Program-made: the position numbers and the translations under genes
Notes under the pieces: generated by a model
What the model saw: only the letters and a program-made list of their open reading frames with translations
Told to the model about the DNA's origin: nothing
Databases searched by the model: none
NCBI GenBank assembly: GCA_043798355.1
Contig: JAZDOT010000010.1
Span: 53,729 to 117,728 of the forward strand
DNA length: 64,000 nt
Reading direction: 5' to 3'
Source of the DNA: Candidatus Peregrinibacteria bacterium
Lineage (GTDB): Bacteria; Patescibacteriota; Gracilibacteria; Peribacterales; Peribacteraceae
Shown: piece after piece, positions 19,766 through 28,987 of the stretch
Numbering within the stretch: the first letter of the stretch is position 1
Layout: each line of letters begins with the position of its first letter

Positions 19766-20596
19766 TTAGGACTTCAGTTCACCAAAACTCTTCACTGCTT
19801 CCGCGTACCCTTCCGGTGTCCCCGTATCGATGCGCGTGCCTTCGCACTCATAACCGTGGATGGGGATGTTTCCCATTTCCGCGATGAGCGCGTCGATGAG
19901 GCGGATCTCGCCTCCGTGGCCGACTCCCACACTTGGGAGGATCTTCAGTGTCGATTGCGGAATCAGATAACGCCCGACGATCGCCAACGTTGACGGCGCA
20001 TCTTCATTCTTCGGTTTCTCAACGAGTCCATTCAGTTTTTTCAGGCGGGGGTTCCGTTTGTCTTCATACTCGACCTCGACGATGCCGTAGCGGGAGACCG
20101 CTTCGCGCTCTACATTCTCCAACGCGACCATTGCTCCGGTATTTCCCGCGACATCGTATGCCCTGATGAGCTGGCTCAAGCCCGAGTCGGTTCCGCGGAA
20201 GAGGTCGTCCCCGAAGAGGACGGCGACTGGAAAGTTCTTCACCCAGTCCGCCGCCTGCAGGATGGCGTGGCCGTCGCCCAGCTGCCGATCCTGATACGCG
20301 ATGTGGAAATCGACATTGTCATAACGTTTCAGTTCCTCGAGGTGATGGAGTTTCCCGCGGCGGCGCAGCTCCTCTTCGAGGGCAAGGTCCTTGAAGAAGT
20401 ACTGCGGGATCATTTCCTTCCCTTTGGAGATGATGAAACAGATCTCGCGGATACCGGCATCCAAACATTCATCGACGATGTGCGCGATGATCGGAGTGTT
20501 GCCGAGTGGCAACATCTCTTTCGGCACGGTCTTCGTCCACGGCAGGAACCGCGTTCCGAGGCCGGCGACAGGGAGAATGGCTTGGGTGATCTTCAT
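19766..20596 (-). CDS. galU: UTP-glucose-1-phosphate uridylyltransferase
   Basis: AILPVAGLGTRFLP..PKEMLP, LGDGHA, VEKP. Confidence 0.92.
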   Translation of the reverse strand: MKITQAILPVAGLGTRFLPWTKTVPKEMLPLGNTPIIAHIVDECLDAGIREICFIISKGKEMIPQYFFKDLALEEELRRRGKLHHLEELKRYDNVDFHIAYQDRQLGDGHAILQAADWVKNFPVAVLFGDDLFRGTDSGLSQLIRAYDVAGNTGAMVALENVEREAVSRYGIVEVEYEDKRNPRLKKLNGLVEKPKNEDAPSTLAIVGRYLIPQSTLKILPSVGVGHGGEIRLIDALIAEMGNIPIHGYECEGTRIDTGTPEGYAEAVKSFGELKS

Positions 20597-20717
20597 GGGA
20601 AGAAGGCGGAATACTTCACTCTGTGCGTGGTGCGAAATCCTTTGGAGAGATCGGGGGACATTTGACACTGTACTCAATTTCGCCTACAATGGGGAGAAAT
20701 TTTCCACACAAACTCCC

Positions 20718-21029
20718 ATGGCCACACTCGACGAACTCGCGAAAGTCCAGGAACTCTATCTTCTCCAGATGGAACTCTGGAAGGTTCTCGATGCAACCCC
20801 ATCCGATCGTTCTGAGATACGCCGTGCCCGGGAGACGATCGATACGTTCACGAAGCTCCTGAAGAACGTGAGCTGGCGGTACATGGGCGGAGAGGATGTC
20901 TACGCATCCATGAAGACCATGGCGGATGAGGCGGATCAGAAATTAAAAAGCCTCAAATCACATTCGGTCCGGACACCGGTGCGGGTGCTTGCGAAGCGGT
21001 CTGCAGCGAAGACCAAGAGGCGGAATTGA
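20718..21029 (+). CDS. Hypothetical protein
   Basis: 103-aa helical ORF with a basic tail. Confidence 0.6.
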   Translation: MATLDELAKVQELYLLQMELWKVLDATPSDRSEIRRARETIDTFTKLLKNVSWRYMGGEDVYASMKTMADEADQKLKSLKSHSVRTPVRVLAKRSAAKTKRRN

Positions 21030-21044
21030 CACTTTAGAATGAAA

Positions 21045-21075
21045 TGTAGAGGCGGACCGCCGGTCCGCCTCTACA
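21045..21075. repeat. GTAG-type REP palindrome between convergent genes
   Basis: TGTAGAGGCGGACCG-c-CGGTCCGCCTCTACA, perfect 15-bp arms. Confidence 0.8.
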
Positions 21076-21088
21076 ATATTTTTCAATG

Positions 21089-21559
21089 TTATCCTTCATT
21101 AATGCGGATGATTTTCACCCGCTCTTCCTTCGGAATGAGAACTTTTAACACGCAGTCTTTGCTGAAGGTCGCCTTTACGCGCTTGGGGTCGATCGTGCAG
21201 GGGAGCGTGATCGACCGGCTGAATTCCCCCCAGAAACATTCCTTGAGGTAGTACTGATCCTCCGGGATGTCCTCCGAAGGTTTGCGATTGCCCCGGATGG
21301 TGAGGCTCTTCCCGTCCACTTCGATGTCGAGATCCGATAGTTTCACTCCTGCGATGGGGGCACGGATGATGTAGTAGGCGTCCTGCTCGAAGATATCGAC
21401 CGTGATGTGGCCGTTTTGTCGCGCATCCGTCGTTTTTCCGGTGGAGGACTGTTGCGGCTCGGCCGCCGCAAACGCGGCTTCTTCCGCTTCATCTGCCACC
21501 GATGACGATCCCTGCCCGAAGGCCGTAGAAAAGATCCCGTGGAAGGGGGAGTTCGTCAT
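21089..21559 (-). CDS. Hsp20/alpha-crystallin small heat-shock protein
   Basis: VDIFE, LTIRGNR, WGEFSRSITLP, VLKVLIPK. Confidence 0.92.
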   Translation of the reverse strand: MTNSPFHGIFSTAFGQGSSSVADEAEEAAFAAAEPQQSSTGKTTDARQNGHITVDIFEQDAYYIIRAPIAGVKLSDLDIEVDGKSLTIRGNRKPSEDIPEDQYYLKECFWGEFSRSITLPCTIDPKRVKATFSKDCVLKVLIPKEERVKIIRINEG

Positions 21560-21775
21560 TTCAAGATATCTTACACACTCACTTTTCCGCTTGGCAAAGA
21601 TGATCTGTAGCGCTTCTGCGCAAGTTGTTTGTTATTAGTTAATAGTTATTGGCTCTTCATCCTGAGAAAGCCCTTCATAATACGAAGAACCAATAACCAA
21701 CCCTTCGGCTACGCTCAGGGCAAGAAACCAATAACCAGTAACCTATGATGATGGCTTCTGTTACAGTGTCTTGGA

Positions 21776-22564
21776 ATGACGATCACACATGCCCTCTTCC
21801 TCGGTTTTCTGCAGGGGATCACCGAGCTCCTCCCTATTTCAAGCTCGGGCCACCTCGCGCTCGCCGAGCACTTTTTTGCTTTTTCCTTCGATCCGCTCAC
21901 GTTGCAGGGCTTCGATGTCACGCTCCACGCGGGCACGCTCCTCGCGCTCCTCCTCTGCTACGACGCCCGTTGGCGGGTCATCATTCTGTCGGTCTTCACT
22001 GCGGAGAGGAGCGGCCGCGTTCTTCTTTTCTCCATCGTGATTGCGACTATTCCGGCCGCCGTGAGCGGTTTTTTCTTGGAGAGAATCATCGCTGAAACGC
22101 TGAGGGGTCCGTTCATTCTCGGATTGTCCTTCATCGCTACGGCAGTCATTCTTCTCCTGACGGAATCCATCGGTTCGAGGAGTCCGGCGCGCCCGCTCAC
22201 GCCCGTGCGTGCATTCGTCATCGGGTGCGCTCAGGCTCTTGCGCTCGTTCCTGCTCTCTCGCGGAGCGGTCTCACGGCAGGCACGGGGCGAATGATGGGC
22301 CTCTCTCGGATCGAAGCAGTGGACTTCTCGTTCCTGATGGCGGTCCCGGCCATCGTCGGCGCGCTCCTCCTCACCATCAATGGTGCTTTTCGCGGAGAGA
22401 TCGCTCTCCCGGGTCTTCCCATACTCGTCTCGGGGTTTCTTTCCGCCTTCGTCGTGAGCATGGTGGCGGTCGTTTTCCTCCGGAGATTCGTCCGTACGCG
22501 GAGCCTTGCGTGGTTCTCCTGCTATCTCATTCCCGTCGGGATCGCAGCTATGCTGTGGAGATAA
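21776..22564 (+). CDS. uppP: Undecaprenyl-diphosphate phosphatase
   Basis: QGITELLPISSSGHL, PALSRSG, FSFLMAVP. Confidence 0.93.
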   Translation: MTITHALFLGFLQGITELLPISSSGHLALAEHFFAFSFDPLTLQGFDVTLHAGTLLALLLCYDARWRVIILSVFTAERSGRVLLFSIVIATIPAAVSGFFLERIIAETLRGPFILGLSFIATAVILLLTESIGSRSPARPLTPVRAFVIGCAQALALVPALSRSGLTAGTGRMMGLSRIEAVDFSFLMAVPAIVGALLLTINGAFRGEIALPGLPILVSGFLSAFVVSMVAVVFLRRFVRTRSLAWFSCYLIPVGIAAMLWR

Positions 22565-22658
22565 AAAATGTCGAGAGAATGATGGAGATTTTTCTCTTGA
22601 TCGGAGAAGATCGATCAGTACAATGCGCCCACTCACCTCATTTCCTTCTTCATCTCCC

Positions 22659-22883
22659 ATGTCTGCTGCCGTCCTCAAGAACGCCATTCGCCGTCTGCGC
22701 TTCGAGCACAACATGACGCAGGAGGAGCTGGCGCTGCGCACGGGCGTCAGTCGGCAGACCATCATGAGTATCGAGCGCGGGCAGACGAACCCCTCGGTTC
22801 TCCTTGCTCTGAAAATTGCCGCCGCGCTGGATACGCCGGTTATTCAGACGTTTTGGATGGAGGGGACGCTGGTCCCGGTTTAA
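22659..22883 (+). CDS. XRE-family HTH regulator
   Basis: MTQEELALRTGVSRQTIMSIERG..PSV. Confidence 0.88.
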   Translation: MSAAVLKNAIRRLRFEHNMTQEELALRTGVSRQTIMSIERGQTNPSVLLALKIAAALDTPVIQTFWMEGTLVPV

Positions 22884-22922
22884 AGTTCAGCAGAGGTGTG
22901 AGGAAGTTGAGCCTCGGGAGAG

Positions 22923-23019
22923 GGGTTTTTGGTTGCTGGTTACTGGTTTTTGGTTCTTCGCCCGATGTGGGTATTCTCTTCGCGAAGAACCAAAAACCAA
23001 AAACGAGAAACAAAAAACG
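22923..23019. repeat. Inverted heptamer-like tracts
   Basis: tggtttttggttcttcgc...gcgaagaaccaaaaacca. Confidence 0.75.
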
Positions 23020-24735
23020 TCAGTGCCGTTCGTTCGCGGATATCTCTTCTTTTATTTGTCCTACTCGTTCCAGGTTTGTCGTGGGACGCAAGTCTTCGAT
23101 GACGATCTGCGGTGCATGCGCGCCGTTCCACGTATCCGTCTCCAGCCGACAGGCGACGTCGAGCGGCTCGGAAGCATGGGGAAGCAGACGTCCCAGGCGC
23201 CAGCCGATTGCTTTGAAGCCTCCGATGCGGCCGGAGAGGTGCGTCGCGTCCGCGCCGACGCAGCGCGCAGAGTCCAGACGGGCATTCTTCAGGAGGAACA
23301 CGGGTTCGGGGTTTCCCTGCCCGAAGGGCTCGAGGAGGGAGAGCGACTGGAGAAGTTTCATCGAGAGATCGTTTGCGCGTATCTCGGCATCGATGGAGAG
23401 GACCGGGACAAGATCGGACGGGGAAACGCGGTCTGTGACATCGGTGAGGAGGTCTTCAATGAATGCGCCGCTCCTTTCTGCCGGGAGTGAGCAGCCTGCC
23501 GCCTGCGCGTGACCGCCGAAACTCAGGAGGGAAGCGCTCAGGCGCTCCAGTCCTTCCGTGACGTGGTAGGCGGGAGTGCTGCGGAGCGATGCGGTGCAGA
23601 GACCACCACGAAGGGTCCCGACGAAGCTGGGGCGCCCCGTCATCTCCGTGAGCTTCCCTGCAATGAGCCCCACGATGCCCTCCGGGAAGTCCGCGCTCAC
23701 GGAAGAGAGGAGCGGCGGGAGGGAAGCGAAATCGGACGCGCCGGGGGTGATGCCAAGGGACTTGAGCACGCCGTCCATGAGAGAGACGGTGCTCTTCTGT
23801 CGTTCACTGTTGAGGAATTCCAGCTTATGAAGTGCGTCTCCGCCATCGAGAATGGCCGTGAGAGCGAGGGTAGCATCATCCATGCGGCCGGCGGCGTTGA
23901 TGCGGGGGGCCACGCGGAAGGCAATGTCGCGGCTGGTCGGCGGTTTGCTGTCGTTGAGGAGTCCTGCGGAAAGGAGGAGGGACTTGAGCGGACAGGCAGG
24001 GAGCATAGAAATGGCATTGATCCCTTCCTGCACGATGGCACGGTTGCCCTCTCTGAGTTCGACCAGATCCGCGACGGTACCAAGCATGGCAAGGACACGG
24101 TCTTCGCTGATACCTTCCCATTCGGATGATCCTTCGAGCGCGAAGAGGAGGATGTGCACGACTCCCGCTCCCGAAGGAAGAGGATCAATCGAAGGACTCA
24201 TGAGTCCCGGATGCACGATGGCGAATGCCTGCGGAAGCGTGTCCGGAAGGTGGTGGTGATCGGTGATGATGAGGTCTATGCCGAGTTCTCTTGCCTGTAT
24301 CGCAGCATGGGTGGCAGTGATGCCGCAGTCGGCGGTGATGATCAGGGTGGCGCCTGATGTGTGGAAATCCTCCACGGCGCGCACGGTCAGCCCATAGCCG
24401 TCGTGCACGCGGTGCGGGAGCTTCACGATGGCGTGACCGCCGTATCGCCTGTAGAACCGGACCAATTGGGCTGTGGCCGTGATACCGTCGCAGTCGTAGT
24501 CACCGAAGACCCCAACAGTTTCCTTGCAATCGATGCTGTGCCGGATGCGCTCTACTGCCTTCTCGCAATCGGGGAGAATGGAAGGGGACGGGAGCAGAGA
24601 GAGCGCTCCATCCATGGCGATTCCGCGCGCGCGGGCGATCGCAAGGGGGAGCGTGGAGACAGGAAGGGAGGGAGATATCCCGCACGATCCGTTCATCACC
24701 CATTTTTTCCCGGTGAAGGAGAGATGTCCGGTCAC
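23020..24735 (-). CDS. recJ: ssDNA exonuclease RecJ (start approximate)
   Basis: GDYDCDG, DGYGL, TDHH, GTVADL, PRINAAGR, FGGHAQAAG, EPFGQGNP. Confidence 0.94.
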   Translation of the reverse strand: MTGHLSFTGKKWVMNGSCGISPSLPVSTLPLAIARARGIAMDGALSLLPSPSILPDCEKAVERIRHSIDCKETVGVFGDYDCDGITATAQLVRFYRRYGGHAIVKLPHRVHDGYGLTVRAVEDFHTSGATLIITADCGITATHAAIQARELGIDLIITDHHHLPDTLPQAFAIVHPGLMSPSIDPLPSGAGVVHILLFALEGSSEWEGISEDRVLAMLGTVADLVELREGNRAIVQEGINAISMLPACPLKSLLLSAGLLNDSKPPTSRDIAFRVAPRINAAGRMDDATLALTAILDGGDALHKLEFLNSERQKSTVSLMDGVLKSLGITPGASDFASLPPLLSSVSADFPEGIVGLIAGKLTEMTGRPSFVGTLRGGLCTASLRSTPAYHVTEGLERLSASLLSFGGHAQAAGCSLPAERSGAFIEDLLTDVTDRVSPSDLVPVLSIDAEIRANDLSMKLLQSLSLLEPFGQGNPEPVFLLKNARLDSARCVGADATHLSGRIGGFKAIGWRLGRLLPHASEPLDVACRLETDTWNGAHAPQIVIEDLRPTTNLERVGQIKEEISANERH

Positions 24736-24884
24736 TGGCAGATGTAAGCCTAGCAGCTTTTTTGAGCGGGGTTGGGAGATCAGAATATTTTCTTGGGGTG
24801 AAGCCTTACTTTGTGCTTGGGTGAGCGGGAAAAGACGTTCCATGGGTGGATGGAGCGCCCGGCATTTTTTAACAGTCGGTTCCT

Positions 24885-25409
24885 CTACTCTGGCTTCTTT
24901 GCATACACCTGCCACCTCTTCGCCCTCAGCATCGTCCAGCTCACCGCTCCGAGCATCACGATCGCTGTGAGGATGCCGCCGGCGCCGGTTGAGGACAACG
25001 GTTGGCCTCCGATGGGCGCGCCTGCATGCGCATTCAGGTAGAGCACCTGCTGTTGATTGGAGACGCGGCCGAGGAGGCGCAGTGTACTCAGGAGCTGACG
25101 ATCCGTCGCGGACATCTCCATTGTCTCCGTTTCCGGTGCCTTCTCCTCGGGTACCTCGGGGGGTGCGGGGTGCTGGCGCGCGAATTCCGCTGCCTGGATG
25201 GCCTCGCGGCGCTCGGCACTCACCTCCGATTGCTGCAGCGTGCGGTCGCCTGCTTCTCTCGTTGTCGGCGGGAGCGCAAGGTCGCTTCGCAGGAGAACAT
25301 CTTCCGGAATGAGATAGGCTGCAGTCATCGTCGGGATCACGAGGAGCGCTCCTGACAGGAGGATGGAAGAGATGGCGCGGAAGAGGAGGGTGTGTTTCAT
25401 AGAGTTCAT
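24885..25409 (-). CDS. Exported protein with a C-terminal membrane anchor
   Basis: Signal peptide; LSSTG followed by a TM segment and basic tail. Confidence 0.65.
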   Translation of the reverse strand: MNSMKHTLLFRAISSILLSGALLVIPTMTAAYLIPEDVLLRSDLALPPTTREAGDRTLQQSEVSAERREAIQAAEFARQHPAPPEVPEEKAPETETMEMSATDRQLLSTLRLLGRVSNQQQVLYLNAHAGAPIGGQPLSSTGAGGILTAIVMLGAVSWTMLRAKRWQVYAKKPE

Positions 25410-25410
25410 A

Positions 25411-26439
25411 TTATTTTACCTTAAATGAAGAATATTTACAAGGAGCTCCGGTCTTGAGGACGCAGTTGAAATATTCCTGCTCGTCGATTGTTCCATCTCC
25501 ATCCGAGTCGATCTTGCGGGGATCCGTTTCTCCGCTGTCCACGCTGCCGTTCAGGTTCACGTCTTCCCCCCTCAGTTCCATGCCGTTGCGGCCCGCCCGG
25601 CAGAGTCCGTCGCACAGTCCGTCGTGGTCGCTATCCTGAGAAAACGGGTTCGTCTCGTTGCCGTCGAGCACGCCGTCGTGATCCGCGTCTTCGATGCCGT
25701 CGATGAGTCCGTCTCCATCGCTGTCACGAACGAGTGGGTTGGTCGGGGTAGAAGAGAGGATCTCCACATTGTCATTGAGTCCGTCCCCGTCGGTATCCTT
25801 CCGCTTGGGATCCGTTTTATAGTCCCGCTCGAGCTTATTGTTCAGGTCGTCCCCGTCGTCATCGATCCCGATGGGCAGCGGTTCCGATGTCATGATGTAA
25901 CATGTTTCCCCCGCCTGAAAGATTTCTTTCTGGTGGCGGATGCGGCCGTTCTTCAGATCTGTTTCGTTCAGGCGCGATTCTTTCAGTTGAGAGATGGGGA
26001 TGGTCAGGGTGGCCGACCGCAGCTTCTTCCGCTCCTGTTCGGTGCGATACTCGCGCTCTTTCTCGGACAGGAACAGGAGGCCCGGCGGAGAGCGGCGCAT
26101 GGCGGTTGCCAGATTTTTCGTATCATCGGGGAAGCAGTAGCCCCAGTAGCGCGTGCGCTTTCCGCGAAATCCCAGGAGCACTTCGCGCTGGATGGAGCCT
26201 GTGCCGCTCGGAATATGAATGAGGACATTCGTATCCGAAGGTACCGTGGCGCCGACTTTGATCTCCTGCTCCGAGATGGTCTTCCATGGAACAACCCCTT
26301 TCTCGGCGTTCGTCGCCAGACGCGCAGTGACGTCCGAACGGTATTCTGTGACGGCGTAACCCACCATAGAGACACAGAGAACGGCCAGACTGAGGGTCAG
26401 CCACTGCATCGTTATCTGTATTGGAGGTCTCTTGGACAT
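25411..26439 (-). CDS. Membrane-anchored protein with DxDxDG Ca-binding (TSP3-like) repeats
   Basis: N-terminal TM; repeated DTDGDGL/DSDGDG/DSDHDG. Confidence 0.8.
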   Translation of the reverse strand: MSKRPPIQITMQWLTLSLAVLCVSMVGYAVTEYRSDVTARLATNAEKGVVPWKTISEQEIKVGATVPSDTNVLIHIPSGTGSIQREVLLGFRGKRTRYWGYCFPDDTKNLATAMRRSPPGLLFLSEKEREYRTEQERKKLRSATLTIPISQLKESRLNETDLKNGRIRHQKEIFQAGETCYIMTSEPLPIGIDDDGDDLNNKLERDYKTDPKRKDTDGDGLNDNVEILSSTPTNPLVRDSDGDGLIDGIEDADHDGVLDGNETNPFSQDSDHDGLCDGLCRAGRNGMELRGEDVNLNGSVDSGETDPRKIDSDGDGTIDEQEYFNCVLKTGAPCKYSSFKVK

Positions 26440-26503
26440 ATCGGGATATTGTACCACGTTTTCGGCTTCGTTTCTACTGTCCTTTTCGCTATGCTGCGGC
26501 TCA

Positions 26504-27601
26504 ATGCCGCGTGATTTCTACTCCGTTCTCGGCGTCGCGAAAGAAGCTTCGAAAGAGGAAGTCAAGAAGGCATACCGTCGTTTGAGTAAGGAGCTCCATC
26601 CCGACAAGCATCCGGGGGATAAGGAAGCCGAACGAAAATTCAAGGAGATCAACGAAGCGTACGAAGTCCTCAGTGATCCGGAGAAACGGCAGCAATACGA
26701 TCAGTTCGGGACGACGGCGGGGCCGGGAGGACAGGGAGGGCCGGGAGGATTCGGCGGCTTCGATTTCTCCGGCTTTCAGGGGTTCTCCAACGGAGACTTC
26801 GGCGGCTTAGGCGATCTCTTCGAGGGATTTTTCTCCGGCGGAGGACGCGGCCGGAAGCAGAAAGTCTCCGATCGCGGAGGCGACCGCGAAGCGAGATTGA
26901 GCGTCCCGTTCATGGATGCCGTTCATGGAGCCGAAAAGCAGATCATGATCGATCGGCTGACGCAGTGCGGGGCATGCAGCGGATCGGGAGGGGCAAAGGA
27001 CTCTTCGCTGAAGGATTGCGAGGCCTGCGGCGGGACGGGGCAGCGCACGGAAGCGTCGCAGTCGTTCTTCGGCGTCATCCGCAGGTCGTTTGCGTGCGAC
27101 GCGTGCTCCGCCTCGGGCAAGGTGCATGCCAAGCCGTGCGGAGCGTGCAAGGGGGAGGGGCGCCTTCGCGAGCATTCCGCCGTCTCCGTTCAGATTCCAG
27201 CCGGGATTCAGACCGGCCAGACGCTCCGGGTGAACGGTTACGGCGATGCGGGGCGGAGGGGAGACGAAGCGGGGGATCTCTATCTCCATATCGAAGTGGA
27301 AGAGGATCGGCGCTTCCAGCGTGACGGTGATGACATCCGCACCGCGCTCTCCGTGTCCGTGGTCGATGCCATCCTGGGCGCGGAGAAGGAAATCGAAACG
27401 GTGCACGGTCGAAAGACATTGAAAATCCCCGCCGGAACGCAGCCGGGGCAGGTGTTCCGCATGAAGGGTAAAGGTATGCCGATTTTAAGCAGCAGCCGCA
27501 CGGGCGATCATTACACGGAAGTGAAGGTCATCATTCCGGAAAAGCTCTCCCGTGCGGAGAGAGAGGTTGTGGAGCAGTGGAAGAAGATGCAGGGTGACTG
27601 A
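26504..27601 (+). CDS. dnaJ: Chaperone DnaJ
   Basis: J domain with HPD; G/F region; four CxxCxxxG-type repeats. Confidence 0.97.
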   Translation: MPRDFYSVLGVAKEASKEEVKKAYRRLSKELHPDKHPGDKEAERKFKEINEAYEVLSDPEKRQQYDQFGTTAGPGGQGGPGGFGGFDFSGFQGFSNGDFGGLGDLFEGFFSGGGRGRKQKVSDRGGDREARLSVPFMDAVHGAEKQIMIDRLTQCGACSGSGGAKDSSLKDCEACGGTGQRTEASQSFFGVIRRSFACDACSASGKVHAKPCGACKGEGRLREHSAVSVQIPAGIQTGQTLRVNGYGDAGRRGDEAGDLYLHIEVEEDRRFQRDGDDIRTALSVSVVDAILGAEKEIETVHGRKTLKIPAGTQPGQVFRMKGKGMPILSSSRTGDHYTEVKVIIPEKLSRAEREVVEQWKKMQGD

Positions 27602-27631
27602 TAGGCTCAAAGCTCAAAGCTCGCAGCTTCG

Positions 27632-28180
27632 TCAAATGTCCAGATTCTCCAATCCATCCTCCGTGCCCTTCTCGACCATGACGGGCGAGAGTTCCTCAGC
27701 CTCTTTGATGATGCTGGATTTCTTCAGGCGAAGGACGACTTGCCGGTAATCCCCCTCTCCGATGCTCTCTGTCGTGAGGTCCTGCAGACTCGGGGTGTCG
27801 GCGACATGGAGGTGCACGATGCGGCGGAAGTAGGGACTCATGGGAGCCAGCGCGACGCGGTTGCCCGTGCGCCGGACGAAATCAGCTTTCTGTTCCGCGA
27901 TGCGCCGCACCTTCTCCTCCTGTGCCCTTCGGTAGCCGTCAACATCGAGGACGATGAAGGGGCTGCGTTCGAGCTTCTCTGCAGAGCGCACGATGGCTTT
28001 CACGAGGTGTTGCAGGGAATTCAGGGTCTCGCCGTGCCACCCGATGATGCGACTGGCATCGGTCGAGACGATGTCCACGCGGACGAATTCCCCCTCTTCC
28101 TTTACGGAGATTTCATCAAAGGGGAGGTCGAGGTGAGTGAGGAGGGCACGGAGGGTGTCCTGAATGAAGGTGTGATCCAT
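27632..28180 (-). CDS. jag: Jag/KhpB-like RNA-binding protein (KH + R3H)
   Basis: IIGWHGETLNSLQ, LDVDGYR, RRIVH, TESIGEG. Confidence 0.88.
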   Translation of the reverse strand: MDHTFIQDTLRALLTHLDLPFDEISVKEEGEFVRVDIVSTDASRIIGWHGETLNSLQHLVKAIVRSAEKLERSPFIVLDVDGYRRAQEEKVRRIAEQKADFVRRTGNRVALAPMSPYFRRIVHLHVADTPSLQDLTTESIGEGDYRQVVLRLKKSSIIKEAEELSPVMVEKGTEDGLENLDI

Positions 28181-28212
28181 GGTTGGACGGAGGATAGCGG
28201 GTGAGTGGGGAT

Positions 28213-28243
28213 AAAAGAAAGCCCCCTTACGGAGGCTCTCTTT
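28213..28243 (-). terminator. Intrinsic terminator after hup
   Basis: Minus strand AGAGAGCCTCC-gtaa-GGGGGCTTTCTTTT. Confidence 0.65.
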
Positions 28244-28263
28244 CTACAAACAAGATTCGATGA

Positions 28264-28539
28264 TTACCGTACGGCGTCCTTGAGAGTCTTGCCGGCCTTG
28301 AAGGACGGGACCTTCATCGCGGGGATGGAGATCTTCTGGGTCGGGTTCCTGGGGTTGACGCCGGTGCGCGCCGCGCGGCGAGAAACTCGGAACGTGCCGA
28401 AGCCCGTGATGGTCACGTTATTGCCCTTCTTGAGTTCCTTTGTGATGAGCGTGCAGAGGGCCTCGAGGGCGGCGGCGCCTGCGCGCTTCGTGACGCCCGC
28501 GGCGTCGGCGATGGTATTGATGATGTCTTGCTTGGACAT
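28264..28539 (-). CDS. hup: HU DNA-binding protein
   Basis: VTITGFGTF, RTGVNPR, PSFKAGK. Confidence 0.95.
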   Translation of the reverse strand: MSKQDIINTIADAAGVTKRAGAAALEALCTLITKELKKGNNVTITGFGTFRVSRRAARTGVNPRNPTQKISIPAMKVPSFKAGKTLKDAVR

Positions 28540-28920
28540 GGGCAAGGGGGGAAAAGAAATACGGTCCACGTAGGAGTGTACGCACGCGAAGGGCTTCTGC
28601 AAGCCAAAAGCAAACTCCCGGCAGCGGTTTTTTCGCTTAGTATCGTCAGAATGGCTTTTGTAAGCCAAATACTGTGAATACCAAAGGTAGTCATCTGAAG
28701 AGAGTTCTCATTCATTTTTTTGGCACAATAATCACATTTAGACAATCTTTTGTCGGTATTTTGAGCCCTATCTGTATTCGTCCTACGAAAGAGAGATGTC
28801 TCGAGCTAAAGCGTTTCTTTCTTTGACACCTCTACCGGGCATCACTACCCTCTCGCCCTGTACCGGAAACTCACTCCGCTCGTTCGGTACAGGGCAAGCT
28901 CCGATCTTTTCCCGCCCTCA

Positions 28921-28987
28921 TCCTAACCTTAGCCTTAGCCTTAACCCTAGCTCTAGCCCTAACCCTAACCCTAACCCTAACCCTAAC
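28921..28987. repeat. About 11 (CCCTAA/CCTTAG-like) hexamers abutting the topA ATG
   Basis: Direct reading; ends ccctaa x5 then c-ATG. Confidence 0.9.

Noticed and set aside
28796-28987. N-terminal extension of TopA (PNPNPN), and similar extensions of DnaJ, HU, GalU and RecJ in the ORF track
   Set aside because: Read-through of repeats or upstream DNA; family homology starts at the downstream start codon.
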